Shown here in pieces: positions 44,901 through 54,090 of a DNA stretch of 64,000 bases. Numbering within the stretch: position 1 is the first letter of the stretch; each line of letters begins with the position of its first letter. The DNA is from Hyalangium minutum (GTDB taxonomy: Bacteria > Myxococcota > Myxococcia > Myxococcales > Myxococcaceae). Position numbers and translations under genes: made by a program. The stretch lies in the NCBI RefSeq assembly GCF_000737315.1, contig NZ_JMCB01000001.1, positions 310,001-374,000 of the forward strand. Direction: 5' to 3'. The notes beneath the pieces are model-generated. The model was given only the letters and a program-made list of their open reading frames with translations. It did not search any database and was not told the origin of the DNA.

Positions 44901-45352
44901 GCAACACGATCGAGAGCAACCTCATCTACGACACGATGAACTACCCGGGCATCATGCTGGCGACCGACCACAGCCCCCTGCCCTTCTCGGGGACGACGCT
45001 GATCGCCAACAACGGGCTGTACCGGACCGGTGGCGCGTTCTGGAACGAGGACCAGGAGTTCGGGGCGATCACGCTGTTCCCGTCGACGTCGGACATCTCC
45101 GGCGTCACCATCCGGGACACGGACATCTACGACTCGACCTACGACGGCATCCAGTTCAAGAACGGCGGCGGCAACATGCCGAACGTCGTGATCAGCAACG
45201 TGCGGATCAGCAACTCGCTCAACGGTGCCGGCATCCTGGCCATGAGCGGCGCTCGCGGCAGCACGACCCTGACGAACACCACCATCACCGGCTCGGCCGA
45301 CGGCAACATCGTCAAAGAGCCGGGGTCACAGTTCGTCATCAACGGCCCGTAG
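41915..45352 (+). CDS. Multidomain GH87-like alpha-1,3-glucanase/mycodextranase lipoprotein: 2x discoidin (F5/8C), 2x CARDB, CBM-like module, beta-helix catalytic domain
   Basis: LTSAC lipobox, TDGNQNSYWES..FPQW.QIDLG and NDNSTDTYWE discoidins, E.NESNN and ETREDNN CARDB ends, YEAE module, GAGMWHS, IRNTYADGINF, FRTTGDDSLAVW, PWRANGIAIYGG. Confidence 0.8.
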   Translation: MLYLKHSRRILHAACASLFLTSACSPAGGSPDGQDIAPPGGRLSTQSASLASTLLSAGKPASASSNNSPYTASNLTDGNQNSYWESTNGAFPQWAQIDLGSAATVEDLVLRLPAGWGSRNQTLSVQSSTDGSSFTTLVASASYAFNPSTSNTVTIDVPDTSARYVRVTITANTGWSAGQLSELEVRGTTTTTPPTDPPPPTGSNLALGKPITGSSTEYLFVATNANDNSTDTYWEGAGGQYPSHLTVSLGTSVDLSGVVLKLPPASAWATRTQTFEIQGRSQASGSFTTLKASAAYTFNPATGNTVTVPVTGTAADVRVVFTGNTGSGNGQAAEFQIYGSPTANPDLTVTAVTATPSSPIESDSITLTATVKNIGTRTSAATTAALTVDGTRLATASVASLAAGATTTVSASIGKKTAGSYTIGAIADPDGTVVEQNESNNAFSNPTKLTVSEAPGPDLQVLSISSNPANPAVGAPVTFSAEVKNRGTTATGVATVTRIVVGTSTLNASTPAIAAGATVSVTTSGSWTATSGGATVTATADATSVVAETREDNNTFSQSIVVGRGAAVPWVSYEAEAGRYQGTLLETDALRTFGHTNFATESSGRKSVRLNSTGQYVEFTSTNSTNSIVVRNSIPDAPGGGGQSATISLYANGTFVQKLTLSSKHSWLYGNTDGPEALTNSPQADARRLFDESQALLAQTYPAGTVFRLQRDATDTATYYIIDVIDLEQVAPPLSKPSECTSITNYGAVPNDGIEDTDALQRAVTDNQNGVISCVWIPAGQWRQEKKILTDDPLNRGMYNQVGIRNVTIRGAGMWHSQLYATIEPQNQPTSINHPHEGNFGFDIDDNVKISDIAIFGSGRIRGGDGNAEGGVALNGRFGRNTRITNVWIEHANVAVWVGRDYDNIPDLWGPADGLQFSGMRIRNTYADGINFSNGTRNSQVFNSSFRTTGDDSLAVWANPYVKNPSVDIAHDNHFVNNTVQLPWRANGIAIYGGYGNTIESNLIYDTMNYPGIMLATDHSPLPFSGTTLIANNGLYRTGGAFWNEDQEFGAITLFPSTSDISGVTIRDTDIYDSTYDGIQFKNGGGNMPNVVISNVRISNSLNGAGILAMSGARGSTTLTNTTITGSADGNIVKEPGSQFVINGP

Positions 45353-45386
45353 TCGCACCGGGCCACTCTGCCTCCCGTAGCCCGTG

Positions 45387-45419
45387 GGCCCCAGGTTCTC
45401 CGGAACCTGGGGCCTTTTT
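45387..45419 (+). terminator. Rho-independent terminator
   Basis: GGCCCCAGGTTC-TCCG-GAACCTGGGGCC-TTTTT, perfect 12-bp stem. Confidence 0.92.
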
Positions 45420-45474
45420 CGTGCGCCCTGTGCTATCTGCGGCCGGTCCGCTTCACTCGAGGGAGCCCTGCCCC

Positions 45475-46236
45475 ATGTCACACGTCGACCCGAACCTTCG
45501 CCGCGAAATCTTCGGCTGGCACAGCCACCGCCTGGGCATGGACATGCCCGTCGTCCGCTATGGCCACTGGGGCCCGGCGCTGCTGCTCTTCCCCACCGCG
45601 GGCGGAGACTTCCTCGAGGCCGAGCGCATGGGCCTCATCCAGGCGGTGGCCCACCACCTCTTCTCGGGCCGCGTGCAGATCTTCAGCATCGACAGCATCA
45701 ACAACCACGCCTGGCTCAACCACGGCGTGCCCATCCACGAGAAGGCGCGCCGCCAGGTGCTCTACTCCGAGTACATCGCGGACGAGGTCGTCCCGCACAT
45801 TCGCGGGGTGCTGCAGAACGGCTCGGCGCGCATTGGCGCTACGGGGGCGAGCTTCGGCGCCTTCCACGCGGCCAACGCCTTCTTCCGGAGGCCGGACCTC
45901 TTCGACACGCTGCTGGCGATGGGCGGCATCTACGACTTGCAGCCGCAGTTCCTGCACGGCTTCTGGAACGACGACGTCTACTACAACAACCCCGCCTCCT
46001 ACGTGCCCAACCTGTCGGAGGGGCACGCCATGGATCTGCTGCGCCACCACAGCCGCATCCACCTGGTGTCCAGCCGAGGCCAGTGGGAGCACCCGCACCT
46101 CACCGAGCACTTCAGCCACCTGCTGCACCAGCGCGGCATCCCTCACACCCTCGACATCTGGGGGCATGACATGCCGCACGACTGGCAGACCTGGCACCGG
46201 CAGCTCGACTACTACCTCTCCGAGCGCTGGGGCTGA
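45475..46236 (+). CDS. Esterase-family alpha/beta hydrolase
   Basis: YGHWGPALLLFPT, GASFG nucleophile motif, DVYYNNP, DMPHDWQTW. Confidence 0.85.
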   Translation: MSHVDPNLRREIFGWHSHRLGMDMPVVRYGHWGPALLLFPTAGGDFLEAERMGLIQAVAHHLFSGRVQIFSIDSINNHAWLNHGVPIHEKARRQVLYSEYIADEVVPHIRGVLQNGSARIGATGASFGAFHAANAFFRRPDLFDTLLAMGGIYDLQPQFLHGFWNDDVYYNNPASYVPNLSEGHAMDLLRHHSRIHLVSSRGQWEHPHLTEHFSHLLHQRGIPHTLDIWGHDMPHDWQTWHRQLDYYLSERWG

Positions 46237-46262
46237 CCCGAGGCGCGAAGGACACGCCAGGC

Positions 46263-47186
46263 TCAGGGCACCCAGTGCGCCCGGCGGCGGAGCCAGGACT
46301 CTCCGCCGCGCCCATCGCGCACCACGGCCCAGAAGATGACGTCCTGCGCGCTGCCACCCTCCTCGGGAGGTTCCCACTCCGTGCGGTGGCGCCCCACCTG
46401 GCCGCCGAAGTCCGCGCCCCCCGTCTGCTGCACCGAGAACTCGCCGAACGTGGCGTGCCAGGACACCTTCCACGCCTCCGTGAGGGACACCGCCTGCGCA
46501 CGCAGGCCCGGCACCACATAGGGCTCCTGCAGCGCCGTCACGTCCTCGGTGGCCAGCACGAAGGGCCCACTGCCACGGAGCTCCGGCACCGCGTCCTCCG
46601 CCCACGGCGCGTCCTCGAGCTTCAGGCCGGGCAGCACCGGGTTGACGTTGGCGGCCATCCCCTCGACCACCGGGCACCAGAAGACCATCAGCTTCTGCGC
46701 GTACACCTCCTCGTCGCCCGCCCGGACATGGAGCACCAGCGGCATGCGCAGCCCGCCCAGTCCCTTGTACGGATCCTTCTCCAGCACCCGCCTCAAGAGC
46801 GGCGTGCCGTCTTCCGCCTGGGTGTCTCCGGGGCGCAGGGAGAGCGACAGCTCGCTCTCGGTCGTGGAGCCCTGCGCCAGCTGAACGCGGTTGGCGGTGT
46901 CCGAGCACGTGTAGTCCTTCGAGTCCGCGCACGCCCACACCTCGTACTGGAGGGAGCGGCCCTGGCCCTGGGGATCCGCCAGCAGGGCGCTGAAATTCAC
47001 CGGAACGCGCAGCGAGTCCAGCGCCTCGTCCGTGAGCTCGCAGATGGGCGCCACCAGCTCCGGCGGATCCGTGGCGAGCCCGAGCACGCGAAAGTCATGC
47101 ACCCGATCCGGCCTGTCCTGGGGATCCACACAGGCCACGGCACCCAGCGCGAGCACCAGGCCCCAGCACTTCACATCGGCCTTCAT
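46263..47186 (-). CDS. Hypothetical lipoprotein, TBDR partner
   Basis: Lipobox LGAVAC, RVLGL..DPPE, NP, FWAVVRDGRGG.SW; starts 1 bp after the TBDR stop. Confidence 0.8.
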   Translation of the reverse strand: MKADVKCWGLVLALGAVACVDPQDRPDRVHDFRVLGLATDPPELVAPICELTDEALDSLRVPVNFSALLADPQGQGRSLQYEVWACADSKDYTCSDTANRVQLAQGSTTESELSLSLRPGDTQAEDGTPLLRRVLEKDPYKGLGGLRMPLVLHVRAGDEEVYAQKLMVFWCPVVEGMAANVNPVLPGLKLEDAPWAEDAVPELRGSGPFVLATEDVTALQEPYVVPGLRAQAVSLTEAWKVSWHATFGEFSVQQTGGADFGGQVGRHRTEWEPPEEGGSAQDVIFWAVVRDGRGGESWLRRRAHWVP

Positions 47187-47187
47187 G

Positions 47188-49908
47188 TCAGAAGCTTCCT
47201 TTCATGCCAACGATGGGGAGCAGCGGGAGGCCCGGCAGCGCGTACTGCTCGCGGTAGCGGTAGTCGTCGAGGACGAACTCGACGTTCTCCCGGTTGTAGA
47301 GGTTCTGCACATCCAGGTACGCAGTGAGCGTCCAGCTCTGGAACTGCCAGCTCTTGTCCACGCGCACATCGAGCTGGTGGAAGCTGTCCGCGCGCGCGGA
47401 GAAGTACGGGCCCCGCGTGGGCTCGAAGGTGTTGCCGTCCGAGAGGTAGATGTCGTAGCCGTGCGAGATCGGCGTCACCGGCCGGCCACTGGTGAAGCGG
47501 AAGCGCCCGCCCAGCTCCCAGCCGTCGCCCAGCACATAGCCGGCCACCACGGTGAGGATGTGCGTCTGGTCCCACTGGCTCAGGCCGTAGGCGTTCTCGG
47601 TGGTGGACTCGCCGAAGCCGCCGCCATTGACGGCGGGCAGTGGCCCTGCGCGCCCATCCTCGGCGCGGCTGAAGGTGTACGACAGCCAGCCGTGCACCTT
47701 GTCAGAGGAGGAGGCGCGCTCCTTCTTCACCATCAGCTCCACGCCCAGGGCCTTGCCGACGCCGTCGTTGCTGTAGCGCTCCTGGATGACGCCGCCCCCG
47801 TCGAGGGAGAGGAGCTGCCCTGGCGCCACCACGTTCTTGAAGCGGCGGTTGAAGAAGCCCGTCACATCCACGCTCAGCGCGTCCGTGAGGCGGTGCTCCG
47901 CTCCGAGGCTGGTCTGGAAGGCGCGCTGGTAGAGGAGCTTCGGGTTTCCGTAGGGCAGCGTGATGAACTGGTACGTCTCCGGGGCCTGGCTGTAGAGACC
48001 CGCCGAGCCCTTGAGGGTGGTCCGCTCACTGGCCGAGTACCGGAGCCACAGCCGCGGATCCAGGGCCAGGTTTCTCGCGCCTCTCGAACGCTGGAGGTTG
48101 CCGCGCACGCCCGGGGTGAGGGTGAAGGCGCCCAGCTTGTAGTCCGCCTCCACGAACAGCCCGCCGTCGAAGCCGTTGATGCTGAGCTCCTCGCGCAGCA
48201 GCTCCGCCTCGGGCTCGGCCCCGGGGAAGGGCACGTACTCGGTGCCCCCGGGCGCGGGGACCTGCACCTCCACGAGAAAGTGCTCGAAGTACACATCCAG
48301 GCCCGTGCGCAGGGTGAGCGAGGAGGACAGCTCCATCGACAGCGTCTGGCGCGCGCCCAGGGAGTAGAGGGTGGTGTCCTGCTGGAAGCTGCCGAACTCC
48401 AGGCTGCCCTTGTCCAAGCCCACGTAGGGCGTGAAGACGGAGGTGAGGTTGCCCTTCCGGTACGTCCAGTCGCCCTTGACGCGGTGGAAATGGGAGTGCG
48501 TGCCAAGCTTCAGGTCCCGATCTTGCTCCTCGCCGGAGGACACGAGGGTGAGCTGATCGTCCGCGCCGAAGGCCATGATGTGGCCGGTGCTGCGCGCGGC
48601 TCCGGCCACGGGGGCCTCCTTGGAGCGTTCGCCGAAGTCCACACGGAACTGGTAGTCCCAGTAGCGCGGCACTACCGACAGCGTGCTCCCCTCCTCCTTG
48701 GGGAGCACGAGGGGCAACAGCGCGTCGAGGTAGGAGCGCCGGGCCGAGGCGGCCACGCTGATCCCGTCCGTGAGGGGGGCCTCAATGAAGAAGCCCGCAT
48801 CCATCGCATCCACCTTCACCGAGCCGTGCAGCGTGTCGCTGGCGCCCTTGCGCGTGGCCACGTCCACCACGCCGCCCACCGCGCGGCCATACTGGCTGCC
48901 ATAGCCGCCCGGGTAGAAATCGAGCGAGTCGATGAACTCGGCGTTGACCACCGAGGGGCCGGCCCCCAGGTGAAACAAGAGGGGGATGCGCACTCCGTCC
49001 ATCAGTGTCGCGCTCTGACCCGGGTTGGAGCCGCGCACCAGCAGCTCGCCCGAGATGAAGGGAGCGCGCGCCACGCCCGGCAGCGCCTGGATGACGCGGA
49101 TGGGATCGCCAAAGGTGCCCGGCGTCTTCTGCGCCTCCTCGCGAGACACCGTGCGGCGCACCACCTCCTTCTTGGGCCGCTCCGAGCGCACCACCGTCTC
49201 GAAGGCGCCGCCGGTGGGCACCAGGTAGAAGACGATCTCCGTCGTCTCGTTGGGCTTCAGCTGCTCCGTCGTCTGGTAGCGCTGGAAGTTCGAGGCCACC
49301 ACGCGCACCGCGCACTCGCCCGGCTCGACCTGAAGGGTGAAGTGGCCCTCCTCGTCCGAGAGCGCCTCGGGCGCCTCGGGGTCATCTCCGCAGCGCACGG
49401 TGGCCCCCGGCACACGCGAGCGGCTGCCTCGGGAGATGAGCGTTCCGGTGAGCGTCGCCAGAGGCTTCTGCACCTGCTCGGGCGCGGCGTCTGGGGCGGC
49501 CTCGGCGGTCGCGGAGAGGGTGAAGTGGTAGACGTACTCTACCTGCACCGGGGCCGGGACTCCGTCCACCTCCGCGGGAGAGAACTGGAAGGCGCGCACC
49601 GCCTCGAGCGCGGCCTCGTCGAAGCCGTGGCCCACCGGCTCGGCGAGCTGCGCGTCGGAGACGGTACCGTCTTCGGCGATGGTGATGATGAGCCGCACGT
49701 CGGCGGTGAGCCCCTGGGCGGCGGCCTCGGGCGGGTACTTCGCCTCCACGGGCTTCACCAGGACCGGAGCCTTGGTGAGCTGTGCGGCGGGCTTCGGTGT
49801 CTCCGCGGCGGAAGCCGGCGAAGGGTTCTGCTCCTGGGCGAGCGAAGACGCACCCATCAGGAGCGAGGCTGCGATGAGCGCAGCCCTCGTCTTCAGGTTC
49901 GAGGACAT
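47188..49908 (-). CDS. TonB-dependent receptor with an N-terminal TonB C-terminal domain
   Basis: KYPPEA..QG....V.L.ITI..DG.V...GFDEAALEAVRAFQFSPA (TonB-CTD), then plug PGTFGDPIRVIQALPGV...DFYPGGYGSQYG, barrel, LDVQNLYN, C-terminal GMKGSF. Confidence 0.9.
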   Translation of the reverse strand: MSSNLKTRAALIAASLLMGASSLAQEQNPSPASAAETPKPAAQLTKAPVLVKPVEAKYPPEAAAQGLTADVRLIITIAEDGTVSDAQLAEPVGHGFDEAALEAVRAFQFSPAEVDGVPAPVQVEYVYHFTLSATAEAAPDAAPEQVQKPLATLTGTLISRGSRSRVPGATVRCGDDPEAPEALSDEEGHFTLQVEPGECAVRVVASNFQRYQTTEQLKPNETTEIVFYLVPTGGAFETVVRSERPKKEVVRRTVSREEAQKTPGTFGDPIRVIQALPGVARAPFISGELLVRGSNPGQSATLMDGVRIPLLFHLGAGPSVVNAEFIDSLDFYPGGYGSQYGRAVGGVVDVATRKGASDTLHGSVKVDAMDAGFFIEAPLTDGISVAASARRSYLDALLPLVLPKEEGSTLSVVPRYWDYQFRVDFGERSKEAPVAGAARSTGHIMAFGADDQLTLVSSGEEQDRDLKLGTHSHFHRVKGDWTYRKGNLTSVFTPYVGLDKGSLEFGSFQQDTTLYSLGARQTLSMELSSSLTLRTGLDVYFEHFLVEVQVPAPGGTEYVPFPGAEPEAELLREELSINGFDGGLFVEADYKLGAFTLTPGVRGNLQRSRGARNLALDPRLWLRYSASERTTLKGSAGLYSQAPETYQFITLPYGNPKLLYQRAFQTSLGAEHRLTDALSVDVTGFFNRRFKNVVAPGQLLSLDGGGVIQERYSNDGVGKALGVELMVKKERASSSDKVHGWLSYTFSRAEDGRAGPLPAVNGGGFGESTTENAYGLSQWDQTHILTVVAGYVLGDGWELGGRFRFTSGRPVTPISHGYDIYLSDGNTFEPTRGPYFSARADSFHQLDVRVDKSWQFQSWTLTAYLDVQNLYNRENVEFVLDDYRYREQYALPGLPLLPIVGMKGSF

Positions 49909-49952
49909 AACTGGAGAGGGAGATGAACGGGTGGAACCGAGAGCCAGGGCTC

Positions 49953-50753
49953 TCAGTCGAGCAGGAATGTGTACGAGTACTTCATTTCAGTGGAGACGGC
50001 CTCGCCGCCCTTGATGGCGGGCTTGAAGCGGAAGCGCAGAATGGCGTCGCGTGCCGCCTCGTTCAGCCCGTAGCCCGGGCCCGACACCACGCGCGCGGCC
50101 ACCACGCGCCCCTCGGGGTCGATGGTGATGGACAGCGTCACCGTGCCCTCGATGCCTGCCCGCCGCGCCTCCTCCGGGTAGGGAATCTTCACCTCGTTGG
50201 CCAGCCGGGGCTCGCTGTCCACCTGGTAGATGGGCGTGTACTTCGGCGCCGAATAGGCCTTCACCTCCTTGGCCTCGAGGGCCTTGTCCGCCGTGCGCCC
50301 ATACAGCGTATTGCCTACCGGCGCCCCGAAGCCTCCCGCGCTCGTCGTGGAGGACATGGAGATTCCCACGACCAGGGGCGCCGTCTTCGTGGGCGGCGGC
50401 GCATCATTGGGCGGAGGCGGAGCGTCCACCGGAGGAGGCGGCAGCGGCCGGGGAGCCACAGCCACCTTCACGGGAGGAGGCCGGGGGACGGCGCGCGGCT
50501 TGGGCGGCTCGGGCTTGGGCTCCTCCTTCACCTCGGGAGGAGGCGGAGGCCGCTGCACCTCCACCATCACCAGCTCCACGGGCCGCTGCGGCTCGGACCG
50601 GCCCCGCGGCTGGGCGTTGAGAATCCACAGCGCCGACCCATGCAGCGCGAGCGAGCCGGCCACGAAGCCCACCAGCCACCGGGAGCCGTCCCGCCGTGGG
50701 AGGTACAGCGCGCCGCTGTCGAGGACCCTCTGACTCATGGCGGCACCGTTCAC
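49953..50753 (-). CDS. tonB: Energy transducer TonB
   Basis: TM SLALHG, Pro-rich linker, YPEEARRAGIEG.V.L.ITID..G.V...LNEAARDA...FRFKPA. Alternative start ATG 50738. Confidence 0.9.
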   Translation of the reverse strand: MNGAAMSQRVLDSGALYLPRRDGSRWLVGFVAGSLALHGSALWILNAQPRGRSEPQRPVELVMVEVQRPPPPPEVKEEPKPEPPKPRAVPRPPPVKVAVAPRPLPPPPVDAPPPPNDAPPPTKTAPLVVGISMSSTTSAGGFGAPVGNTLYGRTADKALEAKEVKAYSAPKYTPIYQVDSEPRLANEVKIPYPEEARRAGIEGTVTLSITIDPEGRVVAARVVSGPGYGLNEAARDAILRFRFKPAIKGGEAVSTEMKYSYTFLLD

Positions 50754-51178
50754 AGCCGCGTGGCCTCGGGGGCCACGTCCTTCTCGATGTTGAGGGCGAA
50801 CTTCGCGATGCCCTGGCCCTTCACCACGTCGATGAGGTGCATGACCCGGCCATAGGGCAGCGACTGGTCCGCGCTGATGATGGCGCGCGTGTCCTTGTCC
50901 TTGGACACCGCCTCGCTGATCTTCCTCGACAGCTCGTCCTCACGGACCTCGGTGCCGTCGAAGAACAGCTTGCCTTCCTTGTCGAGCACCACGTTGACGA
51001 GCCCCTGCACCGTCTCTCCGCCGTTGGCGGCGCGAGGCAGATCCACCTCGACCGTCTCGCGAACGATGAAGTTGGCCGTCACCATGAAGATGATGAGCAG
51101 CACCAGGACGACGTCCACCAACGGCGTGACGTTGATGCCGGTGATCTCGTCCTCGTTCTCCGCGGCTCCGCCGGCCAT
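50750..51178 (-). CDS. exbD: ExbD/TolR biopolymer transporter
   Basis: EITGINVTPLVDVVLVLLIIFMV, VDLP, ISAD..LPYG.V..LID. Confidence 0.93.
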   Translation of the reverse strand: MAGGAAENEDEITGINVTPLVDVVLVLLIIFMVTANFIVRETVEVDLPRAANGGETVQGLVNVVLDKEGKLFFDGTEVREDELSRKISEAVSKDKDTRAIISADQSLPYGRVMHLIDVVKGQGIAKFALNIEKDVAPEATRL

Positions 51179-51180
51179 GA

Positions 51181-51855
51181 CTAGCGAGCCTCCGAGCGCA
51201 GGCTGCCCACGAGCGCATGGCCCAGGGCGGTGGTGCGGCTGGTGAGCGTCTTGAGCTGACGGTTGAAGACGTTGAAGGCCACCACCGCGGGAATGGCCAC
51301 CGCCAAGCCTACCGCCGTGGCCACGAGCGCCTCGGAGATGCCCGCCATGACCGTCTGCTGGATGGCCGCGCCCTTGACCTGCATGGAGCCCAGATCATGG
51401 AACGCCTTGATGATGCCGAGCACCGTGCCAAACAACCCGATGAACGGGGCGTTGTTGCCCAGCGTGCCCAGAAAGGACAGGAAGCGCTCGTACTGGGGGC
51501 GCTCGCGGGCCATGGTGGAGGCAATCACCTGCTCCACGGTGTCGGCGCCCTGCCCGGCGGAGGCCAGGGCCTCACGGACAACGGCCGCCTCCATGCCGCG
51601 CTGGCCCTTCACCGCCTCGCGCACGGCGTCGAACTCGCCGCGAGCCAGCCGCACCGCCAACGCCTCCGAGTCCGGCAGCCGATGGCGCGCGAAGTACAGC
51701 GCGCGCTCCAGCATGATGGCCACGGAGATCACCGACAGGACCACCAGCACCCAGAGCACCCACTCCGCGCTGGAGAGCGTCACCCCGAGCAACTTGCCGC
51801 TGAGCCACCCCACTCCCTCAGCAGGAGCCTGGGCCATCAACCCCATGGATTGCAT
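51181..51855 (-). CDS. exbB: ExbB/TolQ/MotA proton channel
   Basis: FLGTLGNNAPFIGLFGTVLGII.AF and GISEALVATAVGLAVAIPAV. ATG 51855. Confidence 0.93.
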   Translation of the reverse strand: MQSMGLMAQAPAEGVGWLSGKLLGVTLSSAEWVLWVLVVLSVISVAIMLERALYFARHRLPDSEALAVRLARGEFDAVREAVKGQRGMEAAVVREALASAGQGADTVEQVIASTMARERPQYERFLSFLGTLGNNAPFIGLFGTVLGIIKAFHDLGSMQVKGAAIQQTVMAGISEALVATAVGLAVAIPAVVAFNVFNRQLKTLTSRTTALGHALVGSLRSEAR

Positions 51856-51948
51856 TGTGGTTTTCCTCACGTACCGCGTGGATACGAAGGGAACACCGCC
51901 CCCCGGGCGAAGTGTCACCGGGGTCATGCAGGGGAGCCCCGGAGGGGC

Positions 51949-54090
51949 TCAGATGCGCACACCGAGGAGCAGACCGGGCCAGAGACGAGCCGGAGGGGAG
52001 CCTCCTCCCACCGTCCACTGCGGCATCCAGCTCACCTCCCGATCCTCGTCGTCCTGGGGCGCGTCGTAGTAGCTCAGCGACGCCCCGGCGAAGAGGGCGA
52101 GCCGCCGCTTCAGCTCCCAGCCCACCATCACCCGGAGCCGTCCGAGGGCATTCGACGGCTTCTCCCCGAAGAGCTGCCGCCGCCACGAGCCCGCGCTCAC
52201 GTCCACGTCCAGGTAGGTCCGCGGGGCCAGAGAGAAATGGAGCCCGAGGCCCACGAACGAGAAGCTGCGGTACGTCCTCTCCCAGGGCTGGACGCCCTCG
52301 ACCACCAGCACATAGACGCGCTCGCTGCCGTACTTCAGGCCCACGTTCGCGGGAGCGACGTCATCTGCCCACAGCTCGAAGGACAGGCGCCCCTTGCGCA
52401 CGATGTTGAGAGCGCCGATGGGCACCGTCACATCCTCGGCGATATTGAGCAGCCCCAGCTGAAGGCCCCGCACCTCGTTGCCCACGTTGAGGAGGCCCAC
52501 CTGAGTGCCGGTGACGTCTCCAGCGATGTTGATGAGGCCGATCTGCACGCCCTTCACCACCTCCGCCGTGTTGACGGCGCCGCCCTGCACACCGCGCAGC
52601 TCCGCGTCCGTCCGGTTGGCGGTGCCGCTCAACTGGAATCCGGTGAAGGAGCCCTCGGCGATGTTGACCAGCCCGGCCACCTGCACGCCTCGCCCATTTC
52701 CGAACGCGAGATTTCCGCCGAGCGCCACCTGCCCTCCCCACACCTCGCCGCCCGCCACGTTGGCGAGCCCCGAGGCCTGGAGCCCCTCCATCGTCCCATC
52801 CACCCAGCTCATCCCCCCCGCCACCGCCAGCCCTCGCACTTGCTGGGAGCGTGTCCCCAGCACTCCGAACGAGACATGGTTGAGGGTGCGAGGGCCCAGC
52901 AGCATGTTGGTGGCCAGCGGTGGCACGAGGGACAGGTTCACCGCCACGACAGGCGCATCCACGGCGACGGCCGGCTCCGCGAGCACCGGGCCTCCGCCGC
53001 GCTGGGCCGTGCGCATCACCGTCATGGGCACGAAGTCCGCCGTGCCCAGCTTCGTCTCGCCCCCCTTGGCCACCGTCAGCTCGGCCTCGAAGCGCTGCGA
53101 GGAGCGCTCCAGCGTGACGTGGTATTGCCCCGGATCCAGCCGGAGCATCAACCGTCGCCCGGGCTGCTTCCGCAGCTCCGCGATGAGCTGATTGCCCCAG
53201 TTGCGCACGAAGAGGTGGCCCTCGACCGGCTCCGCCAGCGTCAGCCGGGACTGGGCGCCGCGCAGGTCCGTCATCACCAGATCGCCGCTGCCCGCGAGCT
53301 GGATGTCATAGGCCGCGTGCTGGGGCCCGCCTTGGGTGCGCTCGGTGCGCGCGAGCGTCTCGCGGTAGGCGAACTGGTACGCCTCATTCAGTGTGACGCG
53401 GCCATCTCCATCCGCGTCCGCGGCGCCGCGCAGACCGGAGATGAGAAAGTGCGTGAAGAAGGAGGCGCCAATGGAGTCCGCCTCTTGCGCCACCTCGTCC
53501 GCGGAGCTGGAGGCGAGAAACGCGTGGCCCCGCACCTGCGACGAGATGTCCGAGAGAAAGGACAACCGGCTCACGCCGCCCTTGAAGCGGGTGAGCGCGC
53601 CGGAGCCACAGGAATCGAGGATGGCGATGCGCACATCCACCGGAACCTCGGAGAGCAGCCGGCGCAGCTCGGTGTAAGCCAGGCGCTCGCCGCGAGGCAG
53701 CAGCCCCTCCGAGTCCGAGTGGCCCGAGTAGTAGAGCACCAGCTCCCGCCGGGCCTCCGTGGGGGACGTGCTGGAGATGAGCCGGCCCATCCGAGCGATG
53801 GCCGTCAACAGCGCGGCCCGATCCGCCTCCAGCAGCAACAGCCGGTCCCCGGGAGCCACCCCGCCCAGCTCCTCCATCACCTGGGAGAGAGCCAGCGCGT
53901 CCGAGCTGGCGTAGCGCAGGCGCTCGCGGCCCGCCCCGCCCTCGCTGGAGCCAATGATGAGGGCATAGCGCCGGATGGAGGCGCGCGGCTCCTCCACCGG
54001 GGACGCGGCGGCTCCAGTTGCCCCCAAGAGGATCAGCGCGCCCACCATCGCGGCCACGCGTCTCCATCCACCTGCGGCGCTCGTGTCCAT
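51949..54090 (-). CDS. Exported caspase-family (C14) peptidase with G-x-Q-x-G-x-x-N repeats and a C-terminal beta-rich domain
   Basis: Signal peptide, RYALIIG, YYSGH (His), ILDSC (Cys), SFFTHFL..GLRGAADADGDG.VTL.E, about 8 GxQxGxxN repeats. Confidence 0.85.
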   Translation of the reverse strand: MDTSAAGGWRRVAAMVGALILLGATGAAASPVEEPRASIRRYALIIGSSEGGAGRERLRYASSDALALSQVMEELGGVAPGDRLLLLEADRAALLTAIARMGRLISSTSPTEARRELVLYYSGHSDSEGLLPRGERLAYTELRRLLSEVPVDVRIAILDSCGSGALTRFKGGVSRLSFLSDISSQVRGHAFLASSSADEVAQEADSIGASFFTHFLISGLRGAADADGDGRVTLNEAYQFAYRETLARTERTQGGPQHAAYDIQLAGSGDLVMTDLRGAQSRLTLAEPVEGHLFVRNWGNQLIAELRKQPGRRLMLRLDPGQYHVTLERSSQRFEAELTVAKGGETKLGTADFVPMTVMRTAQRGGGPVLAEPAVAVDAPVVAVNLSLVPPLATNMLLGPRTLNHVSFGVLGTRSQQVRGLAVAGGMSWVDGTMEGLQASGLANVAGGEVWGGQVALGGNLAFGNGRGVQVAGLVNIAEGSFTGFQLSGTANRTDAELRGVQGGAVNTAEVVKGVQIGLINIAGDVTGTQVGLLNVGNEVRGLQLGLLNIAEDVTVPIGALNIVRKGRLSFELWADDVAPANVGLKYGSERVYVLVVEGVQPWERTYRSFSFVGLGLHFSLAPRTYLDVDVSAGSWRRQLFGEKPSNALGRLRVMVGWELKRRLALFAGASLSYYDAPQDDEDREVSWMPQWTVGGGSPPARLWPGLLLGVRI

